A DNA stretch of 64,000 nt, from NCBI GenBank assembly GCA_054600435.1, contig BAAIJX010000004.1, positions 124,001-188,000 on the forward strand, in the 5' to 3' direction. Source of the DNA: Neophaeotheca triangularis. Taxonomy: Eukaryota. Shown piece by piece: positions 24,089 to 35,372 of the stretch (positions are counted from its first letter, which is position 1; each line of letters begins with the position of its first letter). The notes beneath the pieces were generated by a model that was given only the letters and a program-made list of their open reading frames with translations, was not told where the DNA came from and did no database searches. The translations under genes and the position numbers were made by a program.

Positions 24089-25441
24089 ATGGCGCCCGAA
24101 TCCAGAACTGTCGCCAAGATGAGCAGCACATCAAACTCACCCTACCAACTCGACACCGCCCAGACCCTCCGCGCAACCAACGCCCTCTTGACTAAACTCC
24201 GCAGCGAAGAGAGCTCGCGCAAAGCCCTCACACCCACCAACAAGACCAACCTCCTCGCCGAAGCCGACGACGAAGACATCAACGACGAAACCCCCGTCTG
24301 GCTTATCCTAACAACCAAAAAACACATTGTCGACAAAAAGCGGCTCAAGCCGGGCAAAATCCTGCTCCCCCACCCTTACCTCTCTCCCACCGGCCCAGCA
24401 CCCGGCGCCGACGACCCGGCCGCCGGCCTCCGAATCTGTCTCATCACTGCCGACCCGCAGCGCAAATACAAAGACCTGCTCGCGCACCCCACTTTCCCCG
24501 TCGAGTTGGCGGCGAAAGTGCAGCGCGTGCTGGGCATGGAGAAGCTCAAGAGCAAATTCAAGTCTTACGAGGAAAAGAGGCGGTTGTTGGGCGAGTTTGA
24601 TGTCTTCCTAGCCGATGACAGGGTTATTACTTATTTGCCGCAGGTGCTGGGGAAGCCTTTTTACAAGGGCGGGAGCAAGAGGCCTATCCCTGTTAGTCTT
24701 GAGGGGAAGAGGGAGGGGGCTGTGGATGCTGAGGGGAACAAGAGGAAGAAGCTTAGTGAGGGGGGGACTAAGGTTACCAAGGCCGAGGTTGATCCTAAGG
24801 CTGTGGCTAGGGAGATTGAGCGCGCTCTGAGCAGTGCTTTGGTGCATTTGGCGCCTTCTGCCACGACGGCGGTCAAGGTTGGTGTGGCTAGTCAGAGTCC
24901 CGAGAACGTGGGAGAGAATGTGCAGGCAGTGGTGGATGGCTTGGTCGAGAGGTATGTGACGAGCAAGTGGAGGGGGGTGAGGGCTGTGCATATCAAGGGC
25001 CCCGAGACAGCTGCATTGCCGATTTGGGTTACAGAGCAGCTGTGGGAGGACGAGCAGGATGTGCTGGACACGAAGCCGGTGGAGGGCAACCCTGGGAGCA
25101 AGAAGAGGAAGAGGGGTGCTCTTGCCGAGGCTCCGGAACGTCCTGCTGTCATTGAGGTGCCCGGCCCGGATGGCAAGATGAGGTTGCTCGAGAGGCCCGA
25201 GGGCAAGGCTTCGAAGCGCAAGGGCGAGGATGCCGCTGCGGATGGCGAGAAGAAAACCAAGAAGCGGAAGAGTGGGGACGATGTGCCGGTCGATCTTGAA
25301 GCCGCCAAAGCCAAGGCTGCCGAGAAGCTGGAGAAGGAGGCACGCAAGGAAGCTTTGAAGAAGCAGAAGGATTCTCTTAGAGCTGACGGTGACGCTGCGG
25401 CCAAGACCAAGAGCAAGAAGAAGGTCAAGGTTGCTGCTTAG
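24089..25441 (+). CDS. Ribosomal L1-domain ribosome-biogenesis protein (CIC1/UTP30-like)
   Basis: VWLILTTKKHIVDKKRLKPGKILLPH, ICLITADPQR, FDVFLADDRVITYLPQVLGKPFY, VRAVHIKGPETAALPIW; Lys-rich tail. Confidence 0.88.
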   Translation: MAPESRTVAKMSSTSNSPYQLDTAQTLRATNALLTKLRSEESSRKALTPTNKTNLLAEADDEDINDETPVWLILTTKKHIVDKKRLKPGKILLPHPYLSPTGPAPGADDPAAGLRICLITADPQRKYKDLLAHPTFPVELAAKVQRVLGMEKLKSKFKSYEEKRRLLGEFDVFLADDRVITYLPQVLGKPFYKGGSKRPIPVSLEGKREGAVDAEGNKRKKLSEGGTKVTKAEVDPKAVAREIERALSSALVHLAPSATTAVKVGVASQSPENVGENVQAVVDGLVERYVTSKWRGVRAVHIKGPETAALPIWVTEQLWEDEQDVLDTKPVEGNPGSKKRKRGALAEAPERPAVIEVPGPDGKMRLLERPEGKASKRKGEDAAADGEKKTKKRKSGDDVPVDLEAAKAKAAEKLEKEARKEALKKQKDSLRADGDAAAKTKSKKKVKVAA

Positions 25442-25689
25442 TTGTACGGCGAAGTTTTGGGACTGCGTGCTCTGTGGAAAATGCATAGCGTGGCGTTTGG
25501 TGTAGTTTGAAAGTTGCTACCGAGGTGTCCACCACCTATCTAGATCGGATCTGTAAAATGCTATGATATCCTTGACTTCCTGGCCCGCTCGTCCAATCTA
25601 TCCCATGTATGTACAGAAGCGCCAGACTCGCTGCTCACCGCGTCTCAGCCCTCAACAACTTCACAAAACAACTCCCCCAACCTCACACA

Positions 25690-27059
25690 TCACCTATACA
25701 AAATCCCATAAACCTCCTCCGCAATGCCCAAACAACTAGTCAACCCCGGACTCTCAATCCCCAGCAAATTCACAAACCCGTCGAACCCCTCCTCCCTCTG
25801 AATAACAAAATCCTGAAACCCCTGGCCCTGCACCACCGCCCCCTGCCTCCCCAACTTCGGCCTAATACCCGCATAATCCAACCCTATCGCCTCCTCATCC
25901 ACACCCGGCAAATAGCCCTTGATATCCCTAATCGCCGCCGCCAAACGCTCGCGGTCACCCGTTGGCGCCAAATCGTCGGGTGAATCCACCCACTCGACGT
26001 CGGGCCCGAAGCGCACGCGGCCGCTCATGTCGAGGGTGAGGTGGGTGCCTAGGCCGCCATGGCCCGGGATCGGGGCCGGGTAGATGAGGGTCGAGGGTTT
26101 GGGGCGCCCGCGGGAGTAGGAGTAGTAGCTTCCTTTTGCGTAGTAAGGGGTGCGGTGGCGGGAGGGGGGGAGGATCATGTTGTTGATGCTGATGGCGGCG
26201 AGGCCCGCGGCGTTGATGAGGGTGGCGGTTGTGATGGGGTCGTGGGTTTCGTCGGCCGGGGTGGGGGAGTGGGAGGGGGTTTGTGGGGATGGGGAGGAAG
26301 GGGTCGGCGGGATGGTGGAGGGTGGCGCTGTCCAGATTTTCCAGTCGGCGGAGCTGGGGGTTGGGGGCTCGATGCGGGTTACGGGGGATGCCAGCGCCGT
26401 GTCTCCGCCGGCTTCTTCGAATTCGCCGTGCAGCCATTGCATCAGCGCGTGGCTGTCGACGATGCCGGTTGTCGGGCTCTCGAGGACGCCGGCTTCGCAG
26501 CGGACGTCGGGTTCGCGGCTTTTGGCTTCTTCGGGGGAGAGGAAGCGGGTGGGGACGCCGATGCTTTTGGCGAAGTCGTGCACTTTTTGGAGGGCGTCCA
26601 TTTGCTCTGGGGTTTGAGCTACGATCCATTTGCCGCAGTTCATGTGTGGGATTGAGTTGCGTTGGCACGCTTCGTACATCATTTGCTTGCCTTGGAGGCA
26701 GAGTCTTGTCTTGAGGGTATCGTGGCCATAGTAGAGACCCGCGTGAATCACCTGGTCTTCGAGTCAGAAATGCCCTTTAACGAGCCAGATGTACTGACTG
26801 ATTGGTTTGTGGAGGGCTGGCCTTACCACCCTTTCTCACGCACCTCGGAGTTCCGACTACTTGTCTCGGAGCCGACCATCCCATGCCTCTCTATCAAAAC
26901 CGTCGAGACGCCTTCGACCTGCTGAAGTCTTCTAGCAATTGCCAGACCAACGGCCCCGCCTCCTATGACTGCGTGTGTAAAATCTGCATTTTGCTTTGGA
27001 GTAGAGGAAAAGCAACGCGAGTGGCGAATGGCTTCCGTTGCTGCACGCTTCGAAAACAT
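25690..27059 (-). CDS. L-2-hydroxyglutarate dehydrogenase-like FAD oxidoreductase with mitochondrial presequence; exons 27059-26844, 26751-25690
   Basis: FAD motif [28 protein letters not shown] spans the intron; [16 protein letters not shown] and [12 protein letters not shown]. Confidence 0.9.
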
Positions 27060-27471
27060 GATTGTGTATGCTACAGAAGCGGCATTGAATGTCCGTAAGA
27101 TCGTGGTCGGGTTGTAGGGTGTCTTACAAAGCAGATGCTATCTGATTGCTTTCTAAGGGATGAGTTCAATTGCAGCAGAAGCGATGCCGTGATGTCGATG
27201 TCTTCCTTCCCAAAGTGGCTAGCTTGATCGAGGTGAAGCGAAGTCGGTGAAGATGCTCGACGCAGATGAGTAGGCAATTGACGATCTACGTTCGGCAACT
27301 AGATATACTTAAGAGAGAAGCTTGCAGCTACAGGTAAGATGTTTGTTCCACGCAAATGCGTCTATCGTCTAATCATCACGCCATATATCCAAGATGCCTA
27401 CAGAAACGCCCTCGCTGTGCCGCTGATTGGCTTCGACAGACAAACAAAATCCTCCCAATGCTGTAACACCA

Positions 27472-29001
27472 TCACTTAAAAGCAGCGAGCCTCTTTCGTC
27501 TCTCCTCAACGTCCTTCATCTCAGCCAAAATCTCCTTGTTGAAGAACTCCCAACCATCCAAATAGACGTGATGACCGGCCTTGGGAACGACAACAACTTT
27601 CACGCTGCCGTTCTCCCTCTGCGCCTCTTGAGCCGAAGCATTAGCCAAAGCCTTTTTGCCTTCGGCATTCATCTTCTCGGCCGCAGCGTGCCCACCGTCA
27701 ACGCTCATCCAGTCTTGTTCGCCGTAGAGCAGGACTACAGGAATACCCGTCTCCCGCTTTTGCAGGGCTTGCGAGGCCGGGGGTGAGGCAGCGGCATCGT
27801 CTACAGTAGGCCCATCGTGTTTGCCCAAGACTTGTCTTCCGACGCCTTGGATACGGCGGATGAGCGGCGAGCGCGCAAAAGCCCCCGGCGCAAGAATGTA
27901 GGCCAGCGCGTACTCGCCGCTTCCTCTCTGTCGGAAAAGGGAGTAACTGTAATCGTGCAGGGCTTGCGCTTCTTCGGCGGGGAATTGGGAGAAACGCCGC
28001 GAAGTCCAGCCGGAGACTAGACGTGGTCCTATAGGTCCTGCTAGGCGGACTAGACTGAAAGGGGAGATATTGGCGTCCCAGAGTGTAGTGAGCCATTTGG
28101 GGTAGGGTTTACGTGGCGGCGGGGCTTTGGAGGATTTCACCGTGACTTGCTGGTCTTGGGTGACTTCGTTGATCATCGTGCTGTCTCCAGGCTCGGGCAT
28201 TTCTTCGTTGACCGCGTACGGATCCTCTGGTATGCCTACCGGTGAAGCTAGGATCAACTTGTCGAGATGTCCAGGGTATTTGAGAGCATAGCAAACCGCC
28301 ATGTACCCTCCCAAGCTATGTCCCAGCAGCGTCATCTTCTCAATCCCCCTCTTAATTCTCCACTCCTCTAAAGCGTCCACAAACCAACTCTCCGCCTCCC
28401 TAACTTTGGCCTCCTTATCCTTGGCATGTATTTTGAAAGGCGGTCGCGAACTTCTCCCCATCCCCAGCATATCCAGTGCAAACAGCTTCCACCCAGCCTG
28501 CCGACTCAATGCCTCAAAGTTCTTATAGAAGAACCCCAGCCCCGCCCCGTATCCATGCAGCATCACTAGGTTATTCTCCGTCGTCTCCCCCATCCTCTCC
28601 ACGGAGAACTCATTCAAAAACCTCTCCTTTCCCGTCAACTGCACGAGCTTCGAATGCCATTGCCTCGGGCCATGCGGATCGCTCAAACTGCTCGTCCGGA
28701 CGGGTTCCGCCTCCCGATCCCCCGTCTTATTCACCTCCATTGCTGAGCTGTTGGCGCTCGGTGGCGCGGATCCGGTCTGAGTGTGCGTGGGCGGACTCCG
28801 TAAATGCGGCATGAAGGAGAGCACTTTGTGTTCGGTCGCAGCAGGTGCGAGACCCGACCACCATTGCGAGAAGCCTTCTTTGTAGCCCAGGGGGAAGTAG
28901 CCGCCGGCTTGCTGGTTGGGACTGGGATTGGGTTTGGAGTCGCGTTGGCGTGCCAGCATGGGTTGTTGACCACTGGCCCGGTCGGAGTCGGCGGAGGTCA
29001 T
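27472..29001 (-). CDS. Alpha/beta hydrolase, cardiolipin deacylase CLD1/ABHD4-5 family
   Basis: LVMLHGYGAGLGFFYKNF, DMLGMGRSSRP, nucleophile elbow GHSLGGY and HX4D motif HHVYLD; first ATG at 29001. Confidence 0.85.
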   Translation of the reverse strand: MTSADSDRASGQQPMLARQRDSKPNPSPNQQAGGYFPLGYKEGFSQWWSGLAPAATEHKVLSFMPHLRSPPTHTQTGSAPPSANSSAMEVNKTGDREAEPVRTSSLSDPHGPRQWHSKLVQLTGKERFLNEFSVERMGETTENNLVMLHGYGAGLGFFYKNFEALSRQAGWKLFALDMLGMGRSSRPPFKIHAKDKEAKVREAESWFVDALEEWRIKRGIEKMTLLGHSLGGYMAVCYALKYPGHLDKLILASPVGIPEDPYAVNEEMPEPGDSTMINEVTQDQQVTVKSSKAPPPRKPYPKWLTTLWDANISPFSLVRLAGPIGPRLVSGWTSRRFSQFPAEEAQALHDYSYSLFRQRGSGEYALAYILAPGAFARSPLIRRIQGVGRQVLGKHDGPTVDDAAASPPASQALQKRETGIPVVLLYGEQDWMSVDGGHAAAEKMNAEGKKALANASAQEAQRENGSVKVVVVPKAGHHVYLDGWEFFNKEILAEMKDVEERRKRLAAFK

Positions 29002-30832
29002 GGTGCTATAGGGATAGAGAGTTAAAGCGAGGACTCGGGGGTAAACGAGTGGACGGCTGCTGGCTGCGGGTGGGTAGAGTTCAGCGAGGAGCACCGACGA
29101 GCGAATGCTGGGCGCGCTTTGAAAGCGCAAAGATGGTAGAGGTGGAATCGTGACCGCGAAGCCAGGTGGCAATGTTATGTCCAGTCGGTGGGTGGTTGGA
29201 TGGTGGTGAGAAGGGAAAAGGCAGGGCTTGGGAAATTAGGCATCACTTTTGGTTGACTACTGTTTACTTTGAGTGATCATGACGGTGGCGGCGTGCAAGA
29301 GTCGATCATCGTCCACCTGCAAGGAACCGGAACCTGGAACCAGCCCCGTCCCGGAGTTTGGAGATGCTCACGTCGTTACTTCCGGCCCTGCCACGGGACC
29401 ACGTGCATCCGCTCCAACTTCACTTGCATCGCTTTCGCTTCTCATTGGCTGTTACGGACAAGCGCTAGCTAGCGGACTTGCTTCTTTGTGCTACCCAACG
29501 GCATAGCACTCTGGTATTGCCATACCTCAACAACCTTCTGTCCGTTTGATCCCGGATTTTCTTTTCCGACATCGTGAGAATGTTCAGGAGAGTTTGGTCT
29601 GTTTATATTGTGACGGAATGTCTATTCACACCTATGATTAGGTCTAGCGCACACATCGGCTTTAGAGCTGCGGAACGGCCTCTTATCCGTGTCAGCTTTG
29701 GGGGCCAATTCCACCAAGGTGTCTACCTGCCTCTGCTTGCAGTGCTTCCCGCCCTTTAATTTCTCAACCTCACCTCTTTCTCTCACCGAGACTTAATAAT
29801 TTGTGTCGGCCTTCTTAATCGTCACCATCACGCGTTTCCCTTTCGGTACGCCGCGGTCGGTTCGAAGCACTTCAGCCTGATTGCCCCTTTTTGGCTCGCT
29901 GCCTTCACCTTGGCCGTACTTTCGAAGATCATGGCATTCGACCTCGACAAAACACAATAATGACGATCCGAGATTGCTCTGCCTCGTAGGCTAATCAGCC
30001 GGGCTGGCCCAGGTATGCCTCCCGGAAGGCGTAAAATTTTACGACGGCCTCAGGCGACTTCGGTTTACTCGTGAGCGCCTCTCGTCTTTCGACCTCGTGA
30101 AAGTACCTTGGAGAATAAGATTGCCTTCTCTCACAAGTTGACCGACTGCTGACGAGTCAGCTAAGGTGAGAATTGCATGCACTATGAAAGCGTCAAGTTG
30201 GTAGCAATGAAAACACATCATAGGCATTTGACTAGTGTGCGGTCTTCACGCGGTCTTCTCGTTATGAGAAAAACACATGTCGTTGGCTTCGAAGCACCAC
30301 GTCTGGCAAGTCTGGACAATCTCGAGAACAGACCGCCCTTCGATGAATTGCCAAGGTAAGTGTTCCAGAAGACTTGAATCGGCTGTCAAATCACGAAGTC
30401 ACAACCCCAGGAACCGTGTACGATCTCATCATCGTCAATGGCTTACTCTGCGTCTTGACACCTCTTTTTGTATCCTCTTCTTTTTTTCTTGACGTTTTCT
30501 CGACATTTTTTACTCTGCAACCTGGTAGGAAGAGCCCTAACGTGGGCGGTGAGATGACAAGACGACTGCCGACTAGCTCGGCTATAGCTTGCATTATTAT
30601 TGAGTTCCATCCCACTACCGAACCCACTCTTCACCTCAGGCGTGACGGAGGTACGCGCGCTTACGTCAAAGGGCAGACTTCATGCCATTCTCACGAGTAC
30701 TTTAGGAACAATCAAAACCCCGATTCTTACACCAAGTCAACGCCGACGAAACCTACGCACAAGGACTAAACCAAACCTCCAAACAAGCAGCACCAAGACA
30801 ACTTCAAAACCCCACCTAAACAAACCGCCACA

Positions 30833-31359
30833 ATGACCAAAGGCTCCTGCCTCTGCGGTGCTCTAACCTACACCTACAACACCTCGACCCCCGTGACCCC
30901 AGCAATCTGCCACTGCCTCCCGTGCCAAAAAACCGCCGGACCGCGAGGCAGCACCAACCTCATTATCCCGGAAGCGGACTTCCACCCCAAACCGACAGCA
31001 GGCCTCTTCAACTACACCCGCAAAGGCGACTCCGGCAAAAGCGTCACTTACAACAACTGCAAAACTTGCGGGACCATCGTTTATGTCGAGGTGAGTAACA
31101 TGCCCTACCCCACTGCTCTCTCGCGGCCTTGTGGGTTACGCTAGAAAGTGCCTTTCCCCTTCTCTTACCCGTCTATCGCTAACTTTCTACCTTTTGTTAG
31201 GTGGAAGCTATGCCAGACATCCGTATCGTGAAAATGGGAACGCTGGACGACGAGGCGGAAATGGCGAAGCGCGTGCCTGGCATGGAGATTTATACCAAAG
31301 ATCGCGTGGCGTGGTGTCCGCACTTTGGGGAAGCGGTGGAGAAGGAGGGGGGTTCTTAA
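30833..31359 (+). CDS. GFA/CENP-V (Mss4-like) zinc-binding protein; exons 30833-31090, 31201-31359
   Basis: GSCLCG, CHCLPCQK and CKTCGT; second exon IVKMGTLDD...EIYTKDRVAW. GTGAGT..CTAAC..TAG intron. Confidence 0.88.
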
Positions 31360-31937
31360 GAGGGAGAGGGGAATGGAACGCTTTTAATTTTTCATCTCAG
31401 CTGGACTCAAAGAATGTAGTTTTCTCCTCGAGTTGTTTGCTTTGAATTTAGGGAGAGTTTGCTTTTTCTTTCCGCTTGCTGAGTTCAATGGTAGTTTCAT
31501 CCTATCTTAATAGCACCGAATCCTGCTTTGCTTTGGCTTTTGCAAAATTTATTGCCGGGAGCTAAACCTTCTATTTCGAAGGCCTCCAGTTGTGTAACTC
31601 AAGCTCAAGTACCCAGGCGATTTTTGAGCGGCCAAACCATCCCAGTGAGTTTGGGGTTTGATCATAAGAGGGCTGGAGCTCGATGCCAGAATGCGGAAAA
31701 TGTAGACTTGTTAGCGTGGGGTTTGATTGGTGCCAACGGATTTGCGCTTTCGTTTCAATCGCTATGCTATGCTGTCTTTTGGGGTGTTTGCTACACTCTT
31801 TGCCGTTTTCGCTATCGTACACTACTTTTGTTCAGCCGTCCGGTCTAGCTTCATTGCTGCACCTCTTTTTTTGCCATGATAATGCAATTTTAGAGAAAAT
31901 AGCAGCTTCTTCCTCCACCAGCGTGGAGCTTCTCCCC

Positions 31938-33012
31938 TCACGACATATCCATCTCATCCCCTTGCTGGCCCTTCCTTTTCCTCTCCTCCCCCCTCTTCGC
32001 CGTGACCCCCTTGGCGCCCTCAACCCACCCCTCAAACTCCCCCTTGGCCATCTTCTCCCTCGCAACCCCCTTCATAACCTCACCCACAAACCCGACAAAG
32101 TTATGCCTCCGCAAAGCATTCTCCCAAGCCCACTGCCTCCGCTTCCCCTCCTCCCGCGCCAAACCCTCCTGATCCCCAACCTTCCTCGCCCTACTCCGCA
32201 AATCCTCGCACATGGCGAGCAAATTGAACCGTATCTCCGTCGCCGGGTAGCGCTCTATGCGCCTCTGGAGCACAGGCACGACGGCATCGCCGAAGATCTC
32301 CGGCGGGCAAGCTCCCACGTCGCCATGGCGGATCGGCGCCGGCTGCAGCCCGTCCAGCTCGTACAGCGTACCGTTGATGCTCGTGTACGCGATGAAGTGG
32401 TAGACGTCGTCGTCGGCGCCGGCGGTGCGCGTCTCGTCCGACACAAAGGGGCTGCTGCGGGCGAAGGAGTTGTGGACGTCGCGGATCAGGTCGGAGTTTG
32501 AGAGGGCCTCGCCGCGGAGGTCGGCTGGGAAGGCGGATGTGAAGTCTTTGAATTCTGACAGGTTCGGGCCGATATCGATGGCGTCGTCCGGGCGGGTTTT
32601 GTTGAGTAGGACTGAGAGCAGGGCTTGCGTGCCGCAGGCGTTTTGGATTGTTTGTGCTGCGAACCAGACGTTTTGGTCTGGGTCGGGGGTGTTGATTGCG
32701 GAGAAGTCGAATTCGCCGTCAAGGGGCTTGTCTTTGGGGGCTTGTTCGTTGGTGGGGTATTTGAAGAGGAAGATGACGCCGATGGGGGAGAGTTGTTGGA
32801 GGGAGTCGGGGTCGAGGGAGATGAGTTCTTCGAATTGAACGTTTTTGACGCCGAGGGACTCGATGAGGAAGGTGAAGACACTGGGAGAGGGGGAGGTGTT
32901 TGGTGAGCTGGGGGGGTTCTCGGGGTTTTTGAGGGGTTTGTGACTGACAGCCCGCTCGGTGACTTTGGACCTACCCTGCGTCGGACTCGATGGTGTTCCA
33001 GCCTGCTGACAT
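31938..33012 (-). CDS. UCH37: Ubiquitin C-terminal hydrolase (peptidase C12, UCHL5/UCH37 type); exons 33012-32975, 32880-31938
   Basis: WNTIESDAGVFT, QTIQNACGTQA, YHFIAY, LYELDGL and C-terminal ENALRRHNFVGF. Confidence 0.92.
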
Positions 33013-33517
33013 GGTGGCGGTGTAGTCTCGGGTCCTTGTTCACTGGGAATGTGTCTTGTCCCTGGTATTATTATTGACTTTGATACCTAGAGGTTATGTT
33101 TCGAGACAGCCAGCACCAGCACTGGAAGTGCAAGAAGGCGCCCGGCCGTGCGCAGGCTCTCGAAGCTATGTCACTACTGTTATACACGCCAAGAAGAGCG
33201 CACGTGAAGATCACCTCACGCAGCTCACGCTCGGACCTCCCCGGCCAGCGTTTCCTGCTTCTTGCCCGCTAATAACTTACCGCTGGCAAGGTACTACCGC
33301 ATAACTCGACCTGTAATAAGGTAACTTCTGACCTAGGTACCTTACCTAACCTCCTCGCTTCCCCCCTCAAACACCACCCATTGTGGCTTCCCCAATCTCC
33401 CTCCTCAGTCGACCCAACAGCGACGGCGACGCCCAGAGCAACATCAGCGATAGCTGGCAATCCGTGCACGCGACACCTGAACCCTCAACAACCCAACCAG
33501 ACCACACCACCGCCGAC

Positions 33518-34269
33518 ATGAGCTACGCAGATGCTGCTGCCAAGGGGCCGTCGCAGACCGCCGACGAGGTAAGTGACGAACAACGACCCTAGCTATTTCT
33601 AGTCTTTGCGCAAAACTGACACCTCACCACAGAAGTACGAACATCCCTTCTCCAGCCTCCCAACCACCCCCACAAAACTAACATCCGTTTCCCTCCTAGA
33701 ATGCCCCCTCACGTCCCCGAAATCGCCCACGACGACTCAGCAGTGCACACGCTCGACTCACACGACTCTGCGCACCTTCAAACCGCCTCGTACGCGCAAC
33801 AAGGCCTCGAATCCGAGCGCGCCTCCGCCGCCGCCGAAGAAGCCTCCAAAGACGCCCAAGACTTCGGTCGCAAAGCGGAATCTCAAGCCGAGAAGCTCGA
33901 GCAAGAGGCGAAATCCAAAGCCCAGGAGCTGAAGAAGGGGGCTAAGCAAGAAGGTGCGAAATCCAAGAAGGAGGCCAAGGAGGCTGCCGAGTGGGCGGAT
34001 GAGAACAAGGGGAACCCTGTTGTCATTGGCAATGTGGTTGCGCTTGTTGCCATTGCTGGCGGGCTTGGGTTTGGCGCTTACAGGAAGCACATTGCCGGCG
34101 ACTTGACGTGGAAGTTGGCGGGTATCTGGGCCGGTGCGCTTGCTGCTTTTGGGGTTGGGGACTTTTACTTTTCGCAGTGAGTTTTGTTCGTTGTGGAGGG
34201 TGCGGGATATGCTGCTAACGTGAAGACTGCAGGTTCTTGTTCAAGAACAAGTACCCCCCGAAAAACTAG
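33518..34269 (+). CDS. OM14-like mitochondrial outer-membrane protein; exons 33518-33568, 33633-33634, 33700-34176, 34233-34269
   Basis: MSYADAAAKGP start, charged helical middle, two C-terminal hydrophobic segments (NPVVIGNVVALVAIAGGLGFGAY; WKLAGIWAGALAAFGVGDFYFSQFLFKNKYP). Family assignment is from recall of fungal OM14-type proteins. Confidence 0.72.
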
Positions 34270-35372
34270 GCCAAGAGCGTGGATGCTCCGCTCTGAACGC
34301 GGCGAGGTTCCCTTAACCGTGATGGAATTGCAACAGGCTCGCGATTGAACTGCCTCTTCAAATTTTGTGTAAATCCTCGAAGAAGGAGGAACTATCAAGC
34401 CAGCGTACTGATAGGCTTGTGTACTATATGCATAACCGCTTTGCGATCAACTTTCCCCCTCAATTGTGTTGCTCTAATGGCAGTCTGCGGCCTATCTAGG
34501 TATACAGGTAACAGGCGCCGCTTCGCAATACCTAGAACGTGCACCGCCGCCACTGTACCACTGGGAACGACGGAGCGTGGAAGAGGGATTATGTTTTTGC
34601 GCATCCTCTTTGCACTATCATGGCGTGGTGGAGCTTGGCTTCTCTCCTGCTGAGGGGCTTGTAGAGTCAGGAGGTAGGGCGTTTTTAGAATTACATATTG
34701 TTGTTGGTAGAAGAGAATGCAGTTCGCTTCCAGCAATGAATTTCTCTATTAGTAGCGCTTCCGTCACTGATAGGGAGATTCTGAGAATCTGAGAATCTGT
34801 GAGTATAGTCGCTATCGCGATACTTGAATGTGAAGGAATACCACCTATCGGCCAAAAATTGTAATTATTTACTTTATTCATTATTATGTGCATAGGTAGT
34901 CTAGTGCATGCGGTGGCGTTGACCGACTCCGCCCTTTGAAGGGAGCCACTTCTCCACATTCAGCCAAGTCGGGCCCTCAGCGGCTTTGACGACATGTGAT
35001 GTGAGGGTGAGATCCAATCTTCAATACCTCCCGCCGACTCGACATTTCAAGTCATCGACGGCCCAACTACCTAAGGTAAAGTCTCAATCCCTTGGGTAGA
35101 CTCTCGACGCCGCACACACAATCTCCACCCCTCGCGTGACCGCCACACACGCGCTTGCATCTTGTACCACTCGCCCGCAAATCCCCACGAGGCAGCCTCG
35201 CAGCCACGCCAGCGCCAGGCAAAACGACAATTACAGACCACCACCACCACCACCACCACCACCACCACCGCTGTCGGCTGGTTTGGTTCACACCACCCAC
35301 CACGGCGCATCAAGCCGCTATTGTTATTCCACAACTTCTTCGTCGAGCGCAACACCAGCATCAACCATACTG

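Noticed and set aside
24608..25486. Long antisense or alternative-frame ORFs over the CIC1-like gene (likewise over the PPR, SLC26, L2HGDH and D-LDH genes)
   Set aside because: Shadow ORFs of GC-rich coding sequence with low-complexity translations.
35136..35372. Open upstream frame with poly-Pro before SSH4
   Set aside because: Largely explained by a (CAC)n microsatellite and a C-rich leader; no motif supports translation.
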